A program made the position numbers and the translations under genes. Of a stretch of DNA of 64,000 nt, positions 9,320 to 18,233 are shown in pieces. The notes under the pieces are model-generated. The model had not been told where the DNA came from. It did no database searches and saw nothing but the letters and a program-made list of their open reading frames with translations. This DNA comes from a virus (taxonomy: Duplodnaviria; Caudoviricetes): IMG/VR virus record IMGVR_UViG_3300010167_000013; one strand, given 5' to 3'. Position 1 is the first letter of the stretch. Each line of letters begins with the position of its first letter.

Positions 9320-12063
9320 TTGAGAGAGTTGGAAACAGAGACGTCTTAGTCAGAAATTACACCAGTAATTTCGACGTAAAGGAATTCATACAGAGCGTCC
9401 TCATACCAAAAGCATTCCCCAATGTTCCAATGAATAAACTCAATCTTGGATTCACAGGAGTGACATCCGAATACATATCCCAGGCTATTGAGGACTCATA
9501 TGCAACTGCTGCACTCATGCTAAACGAGTCATTCATCACCAGAGCTGTGCTACCTAACTCGATATATTCCGAGGCTTCATTGTTTGATCTTGGATATACG
9601 TTTGCTACTCCGTCCAAATGTAGCTTTGCTGTTCAGATATGGATGGAGGATATAATCAAACATTCTACCAGAGTAAGGAATACACCGACCAGTAGGTACA
9701 AGCTGGATAAAAATACAAAGTTACTACTTGGGAATAATTCATATCGTTTTGACTATGACATCTTCATTGATCATCAGTTCATTGATGGACGTAGAGCATT
9801 CAACGTATATTACGACATCACCGAGAATAATTCAATTGCTATCGTCACCAACAGATATGTCAGACACCAGGTGACCTCAATAGGATGGTTAGTATTATTC
9901 GTTGATCTACAAGAGTTTGATCGGAAGATAGAAGAGAATACAATCGCAGACAATCTGATTACTACTAATAGTGATATCATATTGAAATGGAGCAGACAGA
10001 TTGCTGGTATGGATCTAGTCTACATCACCCCTCGTGGTGAAAGACTTCCGATGAAAAAAAAGATTCAACATACTAGACCTGATCAAGATCCATTTTCATG
10101 GTATTCTTTCATCAATGATAACACGCTTCGATTGATATTCTCAGACAGAAGAGGGTTCTTCCAACCTGCATTCAATAGTAAAATTGAATCAACCATCTAC
10201 ACGTGCAGAGGAGCAATTTCCAACTTTGATGAGTATGACAATAAGTCGGCTGTTCCTGTACAGAGAACTGGAGAGGTGTTTGAATATAATGCTAATACCA
10301 GAATGGTTGCATTGTGTTACGGAGGATCCAAGGGAGGAACAGATAGAGGAAACATCGAACTACTGAGGGACGATGTAATTACAGCATATAACACCGTAAA
10401 GGTGTTGTCCACGGATCATGATTTGGATCTTTGGTTCAACAACTTTGCCAAACGTCATAACACAAAGGCTTGTTTCTTCAAGAGGAGGGATGATCCAACT
10501 GGGAAGCTCTTCTCCCAGTTTGTTGTGATAAACGACAACAGCTATGTGTATCCGACAAATACTCTCAGTATTGATGTTCAGCACGATCAATTTGATTTTG
10601 TGAACAGTGATGATTTAGGGAACAACAGGGAGTTCATCATCAAACCTGGTCATCTCTGGGAATATGTAGATGACAGTAGAGACACTGTGAGGATGGTTGA
10701 AGGAACAGAAGGATTGGCATTTGTGAGTGATGAAGCGTTACCTCCAATAACTACAGATAGACCATTCATGTTTGTCAACCCATTCTACATCAAGGTTCAT
10801 AGACAACCAACCCTGTCTGCTAATTATAATTACTTGATAGATCATACATCATGGCCTGATGACATTCCGATAGACACAGATGTATTCTATCAGTTCCAAT
10901 TGGCAACTTTGTCAATTGAAAGATCGTTGTCAAGAAAGCTGAATAACAAATACAGAATTCAGGTAATATGTGTTCCAGTAATAAGTCAGGATGGGAATAG
11001 CAAATACATTGAGGGAATCGGCAATGAGTTCCCAGTAGAAGGTAATGATCTACGCTTGATTCTAGTGACAAGATCAAGGTTGGATGGAGAAACAGGATAC
11101 ATCGAAATGAAACCTATTGAGCTCAGACCAGGTGGAGCTATCTTCTACGAAACGACAATATCAGTTCATGACAATCTGAGATCGGATATGATGCTAGAAG
11201 TTGACATTGATGAAACTCCAGGAATAACATCACTGATTGCAAATGGTCCTAGAGAAGGTGGAGTTTACATCGATTCTGCAGAAACCAGTTTTCATTTCCT
11301 GATAATGATGAGGGATCCAAAAAATACATCAACCACGAATTTGTACGGAAATGATACATTCCAAGGATATGCAATGGCAAACAGATTCGCCAATCAACAC
11401 AGAGATCTGATATTGTACAAGCCAATGACAATGATGAGATCTGTTGTTACATTTGCCGGTTACAACAACAACTTCAGTCTCAGAGGTACATTGACACCGT
11501 TATTGAAGTACGACGTACCACTTGATGAGGAGAAGATGTCGTATTTCATCAGAGCATTCACCGATCAGTATTCTGCTGTAGAACCAGTGTTGAAAAGACT
11601 GGATGGTAATTCATTCCTGGACTTCAAGTTATTCAACACATATGGTAGGTCCAATAACTACTACATAGGACCTGCAGATGATTCAGACGTACTGTGGGAT
11701 TCCAACATCTTACTGGACAATGTTCATGTGAAGATCAAATTCCGCATGGCAGTGCATGATAGATCGGCTTATGTTCAAACTGTGGATGCTGTGATCAACG
11801 AGATAAAACTATTTTTCGAATCCTTGGATAGTGGGGAGCTTAGGGATATTCATGTATCAGACTTGATTCATATCATCAAGGAGAGGCATCCAAACGTAAA
11901 CTACATTCGTTTTGTGGGATTCAATGATTACGATGCAAATAAGCAATCGATATTCGTAAAATACGATGACATTTCGGAATTACCAGCAAGTAGCATTCAA
12001 TGCCATGTTCCAGAGCTAGTAAGAGTCTCCAGAGAAAGCATAGAAATAATCGAAGAAGTATAA
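9316..12063 (+). CDS. Baseplate wedge subunit (T4 gp6/baseplate J-like)
   Basis: 915 aa. NESFITRA...SIY, YTCRGAISNF and SKGGTDR..IELLR motifs; C-terminal HVSDLI..IK. Confidence 0.7.
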   Translation: MIERVGNRDVLVRNYTSNFDVKEFIQSVLIPKAFPNVPMNKLNLGFTGVTSEYISQAIEDSYATAALMLNESFITRAVLPNSIYSEASLFDLGYTFATPSKCSFAVQIWMEDIIKHSTRVRNTPTSRYKLDKNTKLLLGNNSYRFDYDIFIDHQFIDGRRAFNVYYDITENNSIAIVTNRYVRHQVTSIGWLVLFVDLQEFDRKIEENTIADNLITTNSDIILKWSRQIAGMDLVYITPRGERLPMKKKIQHTRPDQDPFSWYSFINDNTLRLIFSDRRGFFQPAFNSKIESTIYTCRGAISNFDEYDNKSAVPVQRTGEVFEYNANTRMVALCYGGSKGGTDRGNIELLRDDVITAYNTVKVLSTDHDLDLWFNNFAKRHNTKACFFKRRDDPTGKLFSQFVVINDNSYVYPTNTLSIDVQHDQFDFVNSDDLGNNREFIIKPGHLWEYVDDSRDTVRMVEGTEGLAFVSDEALPPITTDRPFMFVNPFYIKVHRQPTLSANYNYLIDHTSWPDDIPIDTDVFYQFQLATLSIERSLSRKLNNKYRIQVICVPVISQDGNSKYIEGIGNEFPVEGNDLRLILVTRSRLDGETGYIEMKPIELRPGGAIFYETTISVHDNLRSDMMLEVDIDETPGITSLIANGPREGGVYIDSAETSFHFLIMMRDPKNTSTTNLYGNDTFQGYAMANRFANQHRDLILYKPMTMMRSVVTFAGYNNNFSLRGTLTPLLKYDVPLDEEKMSYFIRAFTDQYSAVEPVLKRLDGNSFLDFKLFNTYGRSNNYYIGPADDSDVLWDSNILLDNVHVKIKFRMAVHDRSAYVQTVDAVINEIKLFFESLDSGELRDIHVSDLIHIIKERHPNVNYIRFVGFNDYDANKQSIFVKYDDISELPASSIQCHVPELVRVSRESIEIIEEV

Positions 12064-12100
12064 AAAATAGACTCCGGGAATGTCCCCGGAGTCTATTTTT
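12063..12100. terminator. Bidirectional terminator
   Basis: AAAAATAGACTCCGGG...CCCGGAGTCTATTTTT between convergent genes. Confidence 0.8.
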
Positions 12101-12121
12101 ATCACACTTTGAAAAGGATGT

Positions 12122-12487
12122 TTAGGAGGTTTCTCCATATTTCGCTTCTCTGAAATTCTCCCCCATCTCAGTTACAATAGCAGATGCCAGTTGGCCACGA
12201 TAACTATATCCATCTCCATCCTCCGACTCATCTAATTCAGTCTCCTGAACTTCTATTTGGACAAGTTTGTGATACAAATCATTGTACATTTTTTCCGATA
12301 TAGAATCTATATCAGATATACCAAACTCAGCTTTCAAGAAGCGGGCAGCTAGTTCATCAAATATATATCTATATTCTTCTGCCGATAATGAGGGAGAATG
12401 GAGATTCTCCGAGAGGAACTGGACACCCTGCTCAATTGACCATACTTCAGTTTCCATCAGATTTGACTTTAGCATAGTTTCACCCAT
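12122..12487 (-). CDS. Acidic hypothetical protein
   Basis: 121-aa ORF, last gene of the 14111-12122 operon. Confidence 0.6.
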   Translation of the reverse strand: MGETMLKSNLMETEVWSIEQGVQFLSENLHSPSLSAEEYRYIFDELAARFLKAEFGISDIDSISEKMYNDLYHKLVQIEVQETELDESEDGDGYSYRGQLASAIVTEMGENFREAKYGETS

Positions 12488-12490
12488 TCC

Positions 12491-13030
12491 TTATTGAGTT
12501 AATGTCATCAACTTTCCAGTTTGATGGCTAACTATCACCCGCATGTTTCCTTTACAATAAGCCATACCTTCTGTGGCAGCAACAGGTGTTGAGGTTTTTA
12601 ATGCTTCGATTACATCGTTAAGGTTAAACAAACGCTCCAGCATTCTTTCATATGGATGTTGACCATTGATGCTTTTTATTGTTATTCCATCGGATGTTAC
12701 TATTCCAATTATTGAGTTACGGAAATTGCTTAAACCTTTTCGGTACTCGTCCTCTGTTAGTGTTAGTACTACCTCCCTAGTTCCAAATCGATATATTTCA
12801 ATATTGCCATCTGCATTCTTTGTTTTTGGACTCTCTATGAGATATTCATTTTCATCCAAATTCTCCAGGCTTGATTCATGAAACATCATATGGAACAGAT
12901 TATCAGCAAATAGTATTTCGTACTCTGGTTCCATCCATGGGAATGAGGTTACCCTGGATACGATTCCACATTTCCCAATTTGAGATCCTTTTATAATTTT
13001 AACTTCAGTTCCAATTGCGTATTTATTCAT
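12491..13030 (-). CDS. KOW/SH3-like domain plus DUF4258/BECR-fold putative RNase
   Basis: N-terminal GTEVKIIKG...GKCGIV; C-terminal HPYERMLER....DVIEAL...RVIVS..TGKLMT. Confidence 0.45.
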   Translation of the reverse strand: MNKYAIGTEVKIIKGSQIGKCGIVSRVTSFPWMEPEYEILFADNLFHMMFHESSLENLDENEYLIESPKTKNADGNIEIYRFGTREVVLTLTEDEYRKGLSNFRNSIIGIVTSDGITIKSINGQHPYERMLERLFNLNDVIEALKTSTPVAATEGMAYCKGNMRVIVSHQTGKLMTLTQ

Positions 13031-13038
13031 CTCATTAT

Positions 13039-13554
13039 TTATAAATAAGGAAGATGTCTCAGTAATACATCAATTTCCATGTCCATTATTTCGTCGAATG
13101 TCCACGGACATTCTTTCGGCATACTGTTCATTGAACTAACATGATACGATTTAGGATCAGCATCTAGTATTCTTTCAAATTCGTTGAATGCCCGCCGATA
13201 TGCTAGAGAGATATTTTTCTCCACCAGACAAAGAACATTTACATCAGGATCTTCAGTATCTCTGTCAGTTATATTGTCTATTTCTTCTCTGAACAACTTT
13301 ATCTCTTCAGATAATTTCCTTCGAGTCAAGGTGTCATTTCCATACTTGAGCTTGAAAATGTGAATAATAATCTGCTTCATGAATTTGTTGGCTGGCTTGG
13401 CATCTCTCTTAGTTCCTTCTAAGTAGAGTTCTTCGTCAAAGGCCTCTGTGAATGTTTTACCTTGCGACATTGCAATTAGCGCTCTCTTTATCCTAGCGAG
13501 CTCTTCAGTATGTCGATTGACTCTCTCCATCATCATTGTAAGTTCTTGATCCAT
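13039..13554 (-). CDS. DUF29-like protein (paralog 2)
   Basis: IIIHIFKLKY, AY..A and PKECPWTFDEIMD motifs. Confidence 0.7.
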   Translation of the reverse strand: MDQELTMMMERVNRHTEELARIKRALIAMSQGKTFTEAFDEELYLEGTKRDAKPANKFMKQIIIHIFKLKYGNDTLTRRKLSEEIKLFREEIDNITDRDTEDPDVNVLCLVEKNISLAYRRAFNEFERILDADPKSYHVSSMNSMPKECPWTFDEIMDMEIDVLLRHLPYL

Positions 13555-13565
13555 AGGTATCCTCC

Positions 13566-14111
13566 TCAGGCTTTCCCACGCAGGCCATTGAGTAATTGTT
13601 TTATTAATTCTTCAACATTATTAGTCATCAGCTCTTTTAGAGACCAAGGACATTTCTCGGGAATTAATCTAACCCCATCTTTCAGATCAGGATACATTTG
13701 AGAACTATTTTGGTAGAACGTTACACCAATACTATATGCGCTATTGATAGATTTCTCAGCGTATCTAATCAGTGATGTATATCCAGGGTTCTCCATCCAT
13801 TCTAGTAGCAATATCAATTCATTCCTAGAACTGCGAAAGTGATTCATCCATTGACGCCTATTACTCCGAAGTGTTAGCTCGCTATCACAATATGCCAATT
13901 TTAACAGGTGCTCTACCATTCTAGCGATGTGTTTCTTTGTTTCTCTTTGCTCACTTTTTGACTCAATGAATATTTCATCGTAGGCATCTCTAACAGATTC
14001 ATCCGATTGTAATCCATTTTTCATTGCTTCTATTGCTACCAACATCCTCTGGCAATATTCCAACATTCTCTGGATCATTTCATTTCTTTCTTCCTCAGTA
14101 GTATTTTTCAT
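13566..14111 (-). CDS. DUF29 family protein (paralog 1)
   Basis: KSEQRE...MVEHLLKLAY...RQW...R and PEKCPWSLKELM motifs. Start moved to ATG 14111 (AAAGGAG RBS, promoter just upstream). Confidence 0.75.
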   Translation of the reverse strand: MKNTTEEERNEMIQRMLEYCQRMLVAIEAMKNGLQSDESVRDAYDEIFIESKSEQRETKKHIARMVEHLLKLAYCDSELTLRSNRRQWMNHFRSSRNELILLLEWMENPGYTSLIRYAEKSINSAYSIGVTFYQNSSQMYPDLKDGVRLIPEKCPWSLKELMTNNVEELIKQLLNGLRGKA

Positions 14112-14138
14112 ATTATATTCTCTCCTTTGATATATCAT

Positions 14139-14152
14139 ATAATATATAATTA
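14139..14152 (-). promoter_or_regulatory. Early-type phage RNAP promoter core
   Basis: TAATTATATATTAT, 28 nt upstream of the DUF29 start. The motif recurs across the window and contains the AR9-like TATATTAT. Confidence 0.6.
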
Positions 14153-14154
14153 TC

Positions 14155-14190
14155 TGATGTAGTAACCTCCAGAGGGAGGTTACTACATCA
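14155..14190. terminator. Terminator hairpin downstream of the structured RNA
   Basis: TGATGTAGTAACCTCC-AGAG-GGAGGTTACTACATCA, a 16-bp perfect stem. Confidence 0.65.
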
Positions 14191-14214
14191 TTCATGAATA
14201 TAAAAATATTTATT

Positions 14215-14540
14215 CTGTACCATCGGAGTGGACTGGCCTATCCGGAATAAGCCAGCCCATGCTCAATAGTTTTTCAACCGATGGGTGTTACTATTTGTTA
14301 CTGGCCCGGGGATTGGTGGGCCTGCTCTTCCTTTATCAGATATCAGATATCTTAAGGAACCCCACTATGACTACCAGGGTTCGTACCGGCTTACGCTTCC
14401 TACGGTTACGAACCCTGGTTCGTTGACACTTACTATGCGTCCATATTCGTGCCAACTTATGCGAAGGAGAATAGACCTGGTACCGTAACAGTCGGAACTC
14501 TGCCGCTGCCATATGGTTTAACTATCCTCTCTCGTCACAA
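14215..14540 (-). ncRNA. Putative structured non-coding RNA, family unknown (~330 nt)
   Basis: GC-rich intergenic block with at least 6 stems, including a perfect 13-bp stem (14373-14385/14407-14419). G-U wobbles form only on the minus strand. Has its own promoter (14545-14575) and a downstream terminator. Confidence 0.65.
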
Positions 14541-14544
14541 AAAT

Positions 14545-14575
14545 AGAATATATAATTTTGTGAAAGGGATATACG
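14545..14575 (-). promoter_or_regulatory. Bipartite early-type promoter driving the ncRNA
   Basis: CGTATAT-N11-AATTATATATTCT on the minus strand. Confidence 0.6.
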
Positions 14576-14587
14576 ATTTATTTATAT

Positions 14588-14893
14588 TTATGATATGACC
14601 CCAGCAACAATTAATTTAGCCTCGAAGTCTGACAGTTGGTGAGCTATCTGTTCGTTGGTTATTGTTGGAAGGGGCTGACATTGCGGAGTTTGTTCAGGAA
14701 AATAAAATGTATCTGTTTCTTCATTATATCTCATCCATGGCACTATCTCGGCGTTTTGAGGGTGCTTGGAAATATCAAAAATGTGGACTGTATCATTATC
14801 GGTAGGCCACATGCCTAATGATTCGTCTCCGATAAGGTTAACGAAACCGTCGGATTTAAGGATTTGAACATATTTACGTTCGAAATCTGCCAT
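14588..14893 (-). CDS. Putative tail fibre assembly chaperone
   Basis: 101 aa directly downstream of the Gly-rich fibre; W.Y...T..F motif and C-terminal helix. Confidence 0.55.
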   Translation of the reverse strand: MADFERKYVQILKSDGFVNLIGDESLGMWPTDNDTVHIFDISKHPQNAEIVPWMRYNEETDTFYFPEQTPQCQPLPTITNEQIAHQLSDFEAKLIVAGVIS

Positions 14894-14908
14894 TTATTTA
14901 TCCCCCTA

Positions 14909-16354
14909 TTACCATTCGAAAAATACGATTCCGTTACCGCCTGCGCCGCCCAGTCCGCCTGTTCCACCCGTTGTCTGGGTTCCAGCTCCGCCTCCCCCGC
15001 CGCCTGCACCGTAACCACCACCGCCGCCTCCGCCTCCGCCAGTAGAGTTTGTATAATTACCGCCCCCATTCCCGCCTTTTGAAATCGCGCCCCCACCGCC
15101 TCCGCCGCCTGGTGCCATACTAACGGTGCTCGCCATACCAGAGCCCAAAGACCCGCCCAATGAACCAGCAGTACCATTCGTACTCGAGCCACCAAAACGA
15201 GTTCCACTGCCACCCTTGCCTCCGCCAGAATAGCCTATGCCTCCTGTTGTAATTAAATTTGTGGTTTGATTACCTCCGCTACCTCCGCCTCCGCCCCCAC
15301 CGCCTCCGCCGCCTCTTCCAGTGCCCCCATCTCCGCCATTACCACCGCTATATCCCGAAATTATATCGCCGCCAGCACCGCCTCCTCCTCCTCCACCGCC
15401 GAAGCCCCCAATGCCGCCGCCACCTCCATTACGGGCTGGAGTGGCTTGACCCTGCAACCCATTCAAGCCATTCGTAGCGTAGATTGAGGGTATAGAAATA
15501 TTCCCTTTGATTAATGTTATTGTACCAAGCCCAGCACCGCTCAACACAGTATTTCCCGCACCTACCGTAATAGATATATTTGCTCCTGCTGTAACGGTAT
15601 AAACACGGTCAACGCTTTCTCCAGCTTTACCGCCAACGCCAGCGATTTTATCCGTTGTAGGATTACCTCCATCTCCACCCGACGCAAAAGCTAATATCTT
15701 AATAGCAGTAACTCCTGTCGGCACGGTAAACGTCCCGTTCGCGGTAAACACGGCTTTTCTCGCGCCTGTTCCACCAGAACTACTACTTGACGAATTCAAT
15801 ATTGCATTTAGTTTCGCCATTGCAGTACCCGCCGACGCAGTACCGCCCGTATCACCTGTAACACCTAAATTACTTTGCGCGGCTCTAGTACTAATAGCTG
15901 CATCTAAATTCCCAGCTCTAGCATCTGTCCAAGTATTTACAAATTTATTTGCTATCCATTTGATTATGCTGAACACACTACTGCCATTATTAGCAGCAGT
16001 ATCTTCAGAATTCCCAATTGATTCACTAATGTCATCTATGTCTTGCTGCATATTAGAAAAATTAACAGAAACTAATATCTCACCCTCCAAATCGGGTAAT
16101 ATATTCAAGTCAATAACAAATGTCTTGACAGTCTCAACTTCTTCAGGTTCAATGGTTACTGTAGTCACCATACCACTAGCCTTGTTCCCAATGTAAATCT
16201 CAAACTGGTATTCAATTGGGTTCTCATCGTCATTCGGAGGAATAACAATTGCACAGCTGTACTTCTTGTCACCTATTGGTACTAGTGGATAAAATGCATC
16301 TAGATCCAGTGAATACACTTTCACTTCTGGTATCAATGTAACAACTTTAGCCAT
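14909..16354 (-). CDS. Glycine-rich tail fibre/receptor-binding protein
   Basis: VFTANGTFTVPTGVT..., long Gly tracts, GAGGNGIVFFEW ending. Confidence 0.8.
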   Translation of the reverse strand: MAKVVTLIPEVKVYSLDLDAFYPLVPIGDKKYSCAIVIPPNDDENPIEYQFEIYIGNKASGMVTTVTIEPEEVETVKTFVIDLNILPDLEGEILVSVNFSNMQQDIDDISESIGNSEDTAANNGSSVFSIIKWIANKFVNTWTDARAGNLDAAISTRAAQSNLGVTGDTGGTASAGTAMAKLNAILNSSSSSSGGTGARKAVFTANGTFTVPTGVTAIKILAFASGGDGGNPTTDKIAGVGGKAGESVDRVYTVTAGANISITVGAGNTVLSGAGLGTITLIKGNISIPSIYATNGLNGLQGQATPARNGGGGGIGGFGGGGGGGGAGGDIISGYSGGNGGDGGTGRGGGGGGGGGGGSGGNQTTNLITTGGIGYSGGGKGGSGTRFGGSSTNGTAGSLGGSLGSGMASTVSMAPGGGGGGGAISKGGNGGGNYTNSTGGGGGGGGGYGAGGGGGGAGTQTTGGTGGLGGAGGNGIVFFEW

Positions 16355-16432
16355 AATATCACATCCCCTATGATGATTTTAAGATTAACTTAGGGTGGAT
16401 GGTTAATATAATGACAAAAAAAGAACTGAGAC

Positions 16433-16867
16433 TCAGTTCTTTTCTTTTTCTAGGTATGTGAATAAATCTAATGTTTGAATGTTCCCATACCAATGCTGAA
16501 GCATTATTTGATGATGTTTCGAAATGTAATTGAACATTTCAGTTTTTTTCTTTCCCTTCAATTCCCTTTCGACTTTGACAAGCTGTGTTCCTTTCAAAAG
16601 AATTCTTGGATTCTCTTCGATACTTACTGATATCATATTTCCATCGGGCATCAAAACCTTCACGCGAGGTATGCTATGAGTATTAGTTCTGGTTTTCCCA
16701 AGATCATCAAACCATAACCCGTAAGGTAGCCCAGAGCTTTTTGCCGGCCAATTTGCCATCTCAAATATTCCATCTTTGTACATGGCAATATTTTCCAACA
16801 CTTGTAACTGAAATGCTTTCATTTCAACAGTTGCTACTTCTTTCCCGAGTTTTTCCAAATCGTTCAT
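16433..16867 (-). CDS. DUF4160-like protein
   Basis: FEMAN...GLPY.LW.D...H..PRVKV...I..H...ML.HW pattern. Start at 16867 after GGAGGTG. Confidence 0.5.
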   Translation of the reverse strand: MNDLEKLGKEVATVEMKAFQLQVLENIAMYKDGIFEMANWPAKSSGLPYGLWFDDLGKTRTNTHSIPRVKVLMPDGNMISVSIEENPRILLKGTQLVKVERELKGKKKTEMFNYISKHHQIMLQHWYGNIQTLDLFTYLEKEKN

Positions 16868-16909
16868 TTGGTACACCTCCTAATTATATTTTTATTTTAT
16901 CTCATATTC

Positions 16910-16959
16910 ATAATATATAATTCTAAGTATAATATATAATTCTAAGTATAATATATACG
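16910..16959 (-). repeat. 19-bp tandem repeat (~2.5 copies) of the early promoter core
   Basis: ATAATATATAATTCTAAGT at 16910 and 16929, partial copy at 16948; includes CGTATAT-N11-AATTATATATTAT. Confidence 0.8.
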
Positions 16960-17024
16960 TTTAATCCGTTAACCAACCTAATAAAGGTGAACAAGTAATA
17001 TTATATAAAGAAGAGGTGTGAAAG

Positions 17025-18194
17025 ATGGATAAAAGCCTTACTCAATTTTATGATGAACTCAAGTCTGAGATCAATCAGAAACCCAAGGTGGAAACTCCCC
17101 TCATGAATGTTAGTTCGTTCAATGGAAATCAGAATTCTCCTGGTGCAATAAACTGGAGAAACCAAGCCGCAAAAGAATGTGATAACCTGAAAGATGGATG
17201 TTACAAGAGACTTCTGCTCGACATCTATTGCAAGGTACTTCCGTTGGATTCTGACTTCGTTGCTGGCAACCAAGGAATGATAAAGTCTGATATCAATGAC
17301 TTCCTTGGTAACAAGGGGTTGACCGCAACTCAGTATCTCACTTCTGGATATGAAAAAACAAATGCTCCACTATTGGAATTCATACTTCGTTCATGTGGTA
17401 ACATTGGGAAAGAATTCATGAGAGAAGCCAGTGAGAAATTGAAAGATGCTCAGGAGAATAAAATAGATATTCCCCCTCCTGAGGCTGATCCTGACAACAA
17501 GGAAATAGGAGATCAGTTAGTCGATATTCAGAAAGATACTGAGTATGAAAACTTCATTGACAAGCTCAAGCAGAAAACTGTCAGCAAGATAGTGTCTGAT
17601 GTATCCAAGATAATAAGTGATAAAAAAGAAGAAAAGAATATGACGTTTGATCCAAATCCTGTTGGTGATGTACCATCACTGGAATCGGCTGAAAATGTAG
17701 AAGGTCCATTCAATATGCTTTCCAAGGCCAGAGAACAGGAAATCGTTGCCAGGAAGACATATGGGAAGGATAGCGATGAGTACAAGAAGGCGCAGAAGAC
17801 CGTGAGAACTTCTGAGGGAATATACAGTAAGGCTGTGAGTGAGTACAAGAAGTCATTCAAGAAAGATGCAGAACCTCTTGTCGAGCCTGCTACAGAAACT
17901 CCTGCTCTTGTCAGTCCTGCCATTACTCAAGGAATGCCATTGAATCAGAATGAGTCTGTTGTATGTCTCATCATTGATCATATCCACAAGAATCTGTGGA
18001 AAGAGAATGTGGAACTTACTCCAGAATTGAATGAAGAAATAATAGGATTAGCCATCAGAGAAGCTACTCTGAATATGATAGATCTCTCATTCAAATATCC
18101 TGATTCTGAATTCAGACCGTTCAGCAGTAGGATAAGATTCAACAAGGGAGTATTGGTAACAGAAAAAACAATCAAAGATCTAATTGAAAAATAA
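17025..18194 (+). CDS. Hypothetical protein, possibly head-associated
   Basis: 389-aa ORF with GAGGTG RBS; several xxE-S/A motifs. Confidence 0.65.
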   Translation: MDKSLTQFYDELKSEINQKPKVETPLMNVSSFNGNQNSPGAINWRNQAAKECDNLKDGCYKRLLLDIYCKVLPLDSDFVAGNQGMIKSDINDFLGNKGLTATQYLTSGYEKTNAPLLEFILRSCGNIGKEFMREASEKLKDAQENKIDIPPPEADPDNKEIGDQLVDIQKDTEYENFIDKLKQKTVSKIVSDVSKIISDKKEEKNMTFDPNPVGDVPSLESAENVEGPFNMLSKAREQEIVARKTYGKDSDEYKKAQKTVRTSEGIYSKAVSEYKKSFKKDAEPLVEPATETPALVSPAITQGMPLNQNESVVCLIIDHIHKNLWKENVELTPELNEEIIGLAIREATLNMIDLSFKYPDSEFRPFSSRIRFNKGVLVTEKTIKDLIEK

Positions 18195-18197
18195 TAA

Positions 18198-18233
18198 AAT
18201 ATCAAGGGGTGGTATCTACCACCCCTTGATATT
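18198..18233. terminator. Bidirectional terminator
   Basis: AATATCAAGGGGTGGTA-TC-TACCACCCCTTGATATT between convergent genes. Confidence 0.8.

Noticed and set aside
14285-14488. 67-aa plus-strand ORF
   Set aside because: No RBS; overlaps the structured RNA on the antisense strand.
14215-14540. RNase P, tmRNA, SRP, group II intron or retron identity for the structured RNA
   Set aside because: No GAGGAAAGTCC/P4, no tRNA-like ends, no SRP core, no domain V, and no reverse transcriptase in the window.
14909-15500. DGR variable region or microsatellite
   Set aside because: The GGN repeats simply encode poly-Gly; no template repeat or RT was seen.
16910-16959. CRISPR-like repeat
   Set aside because: Direct tandem units without spacers; no cas genes.
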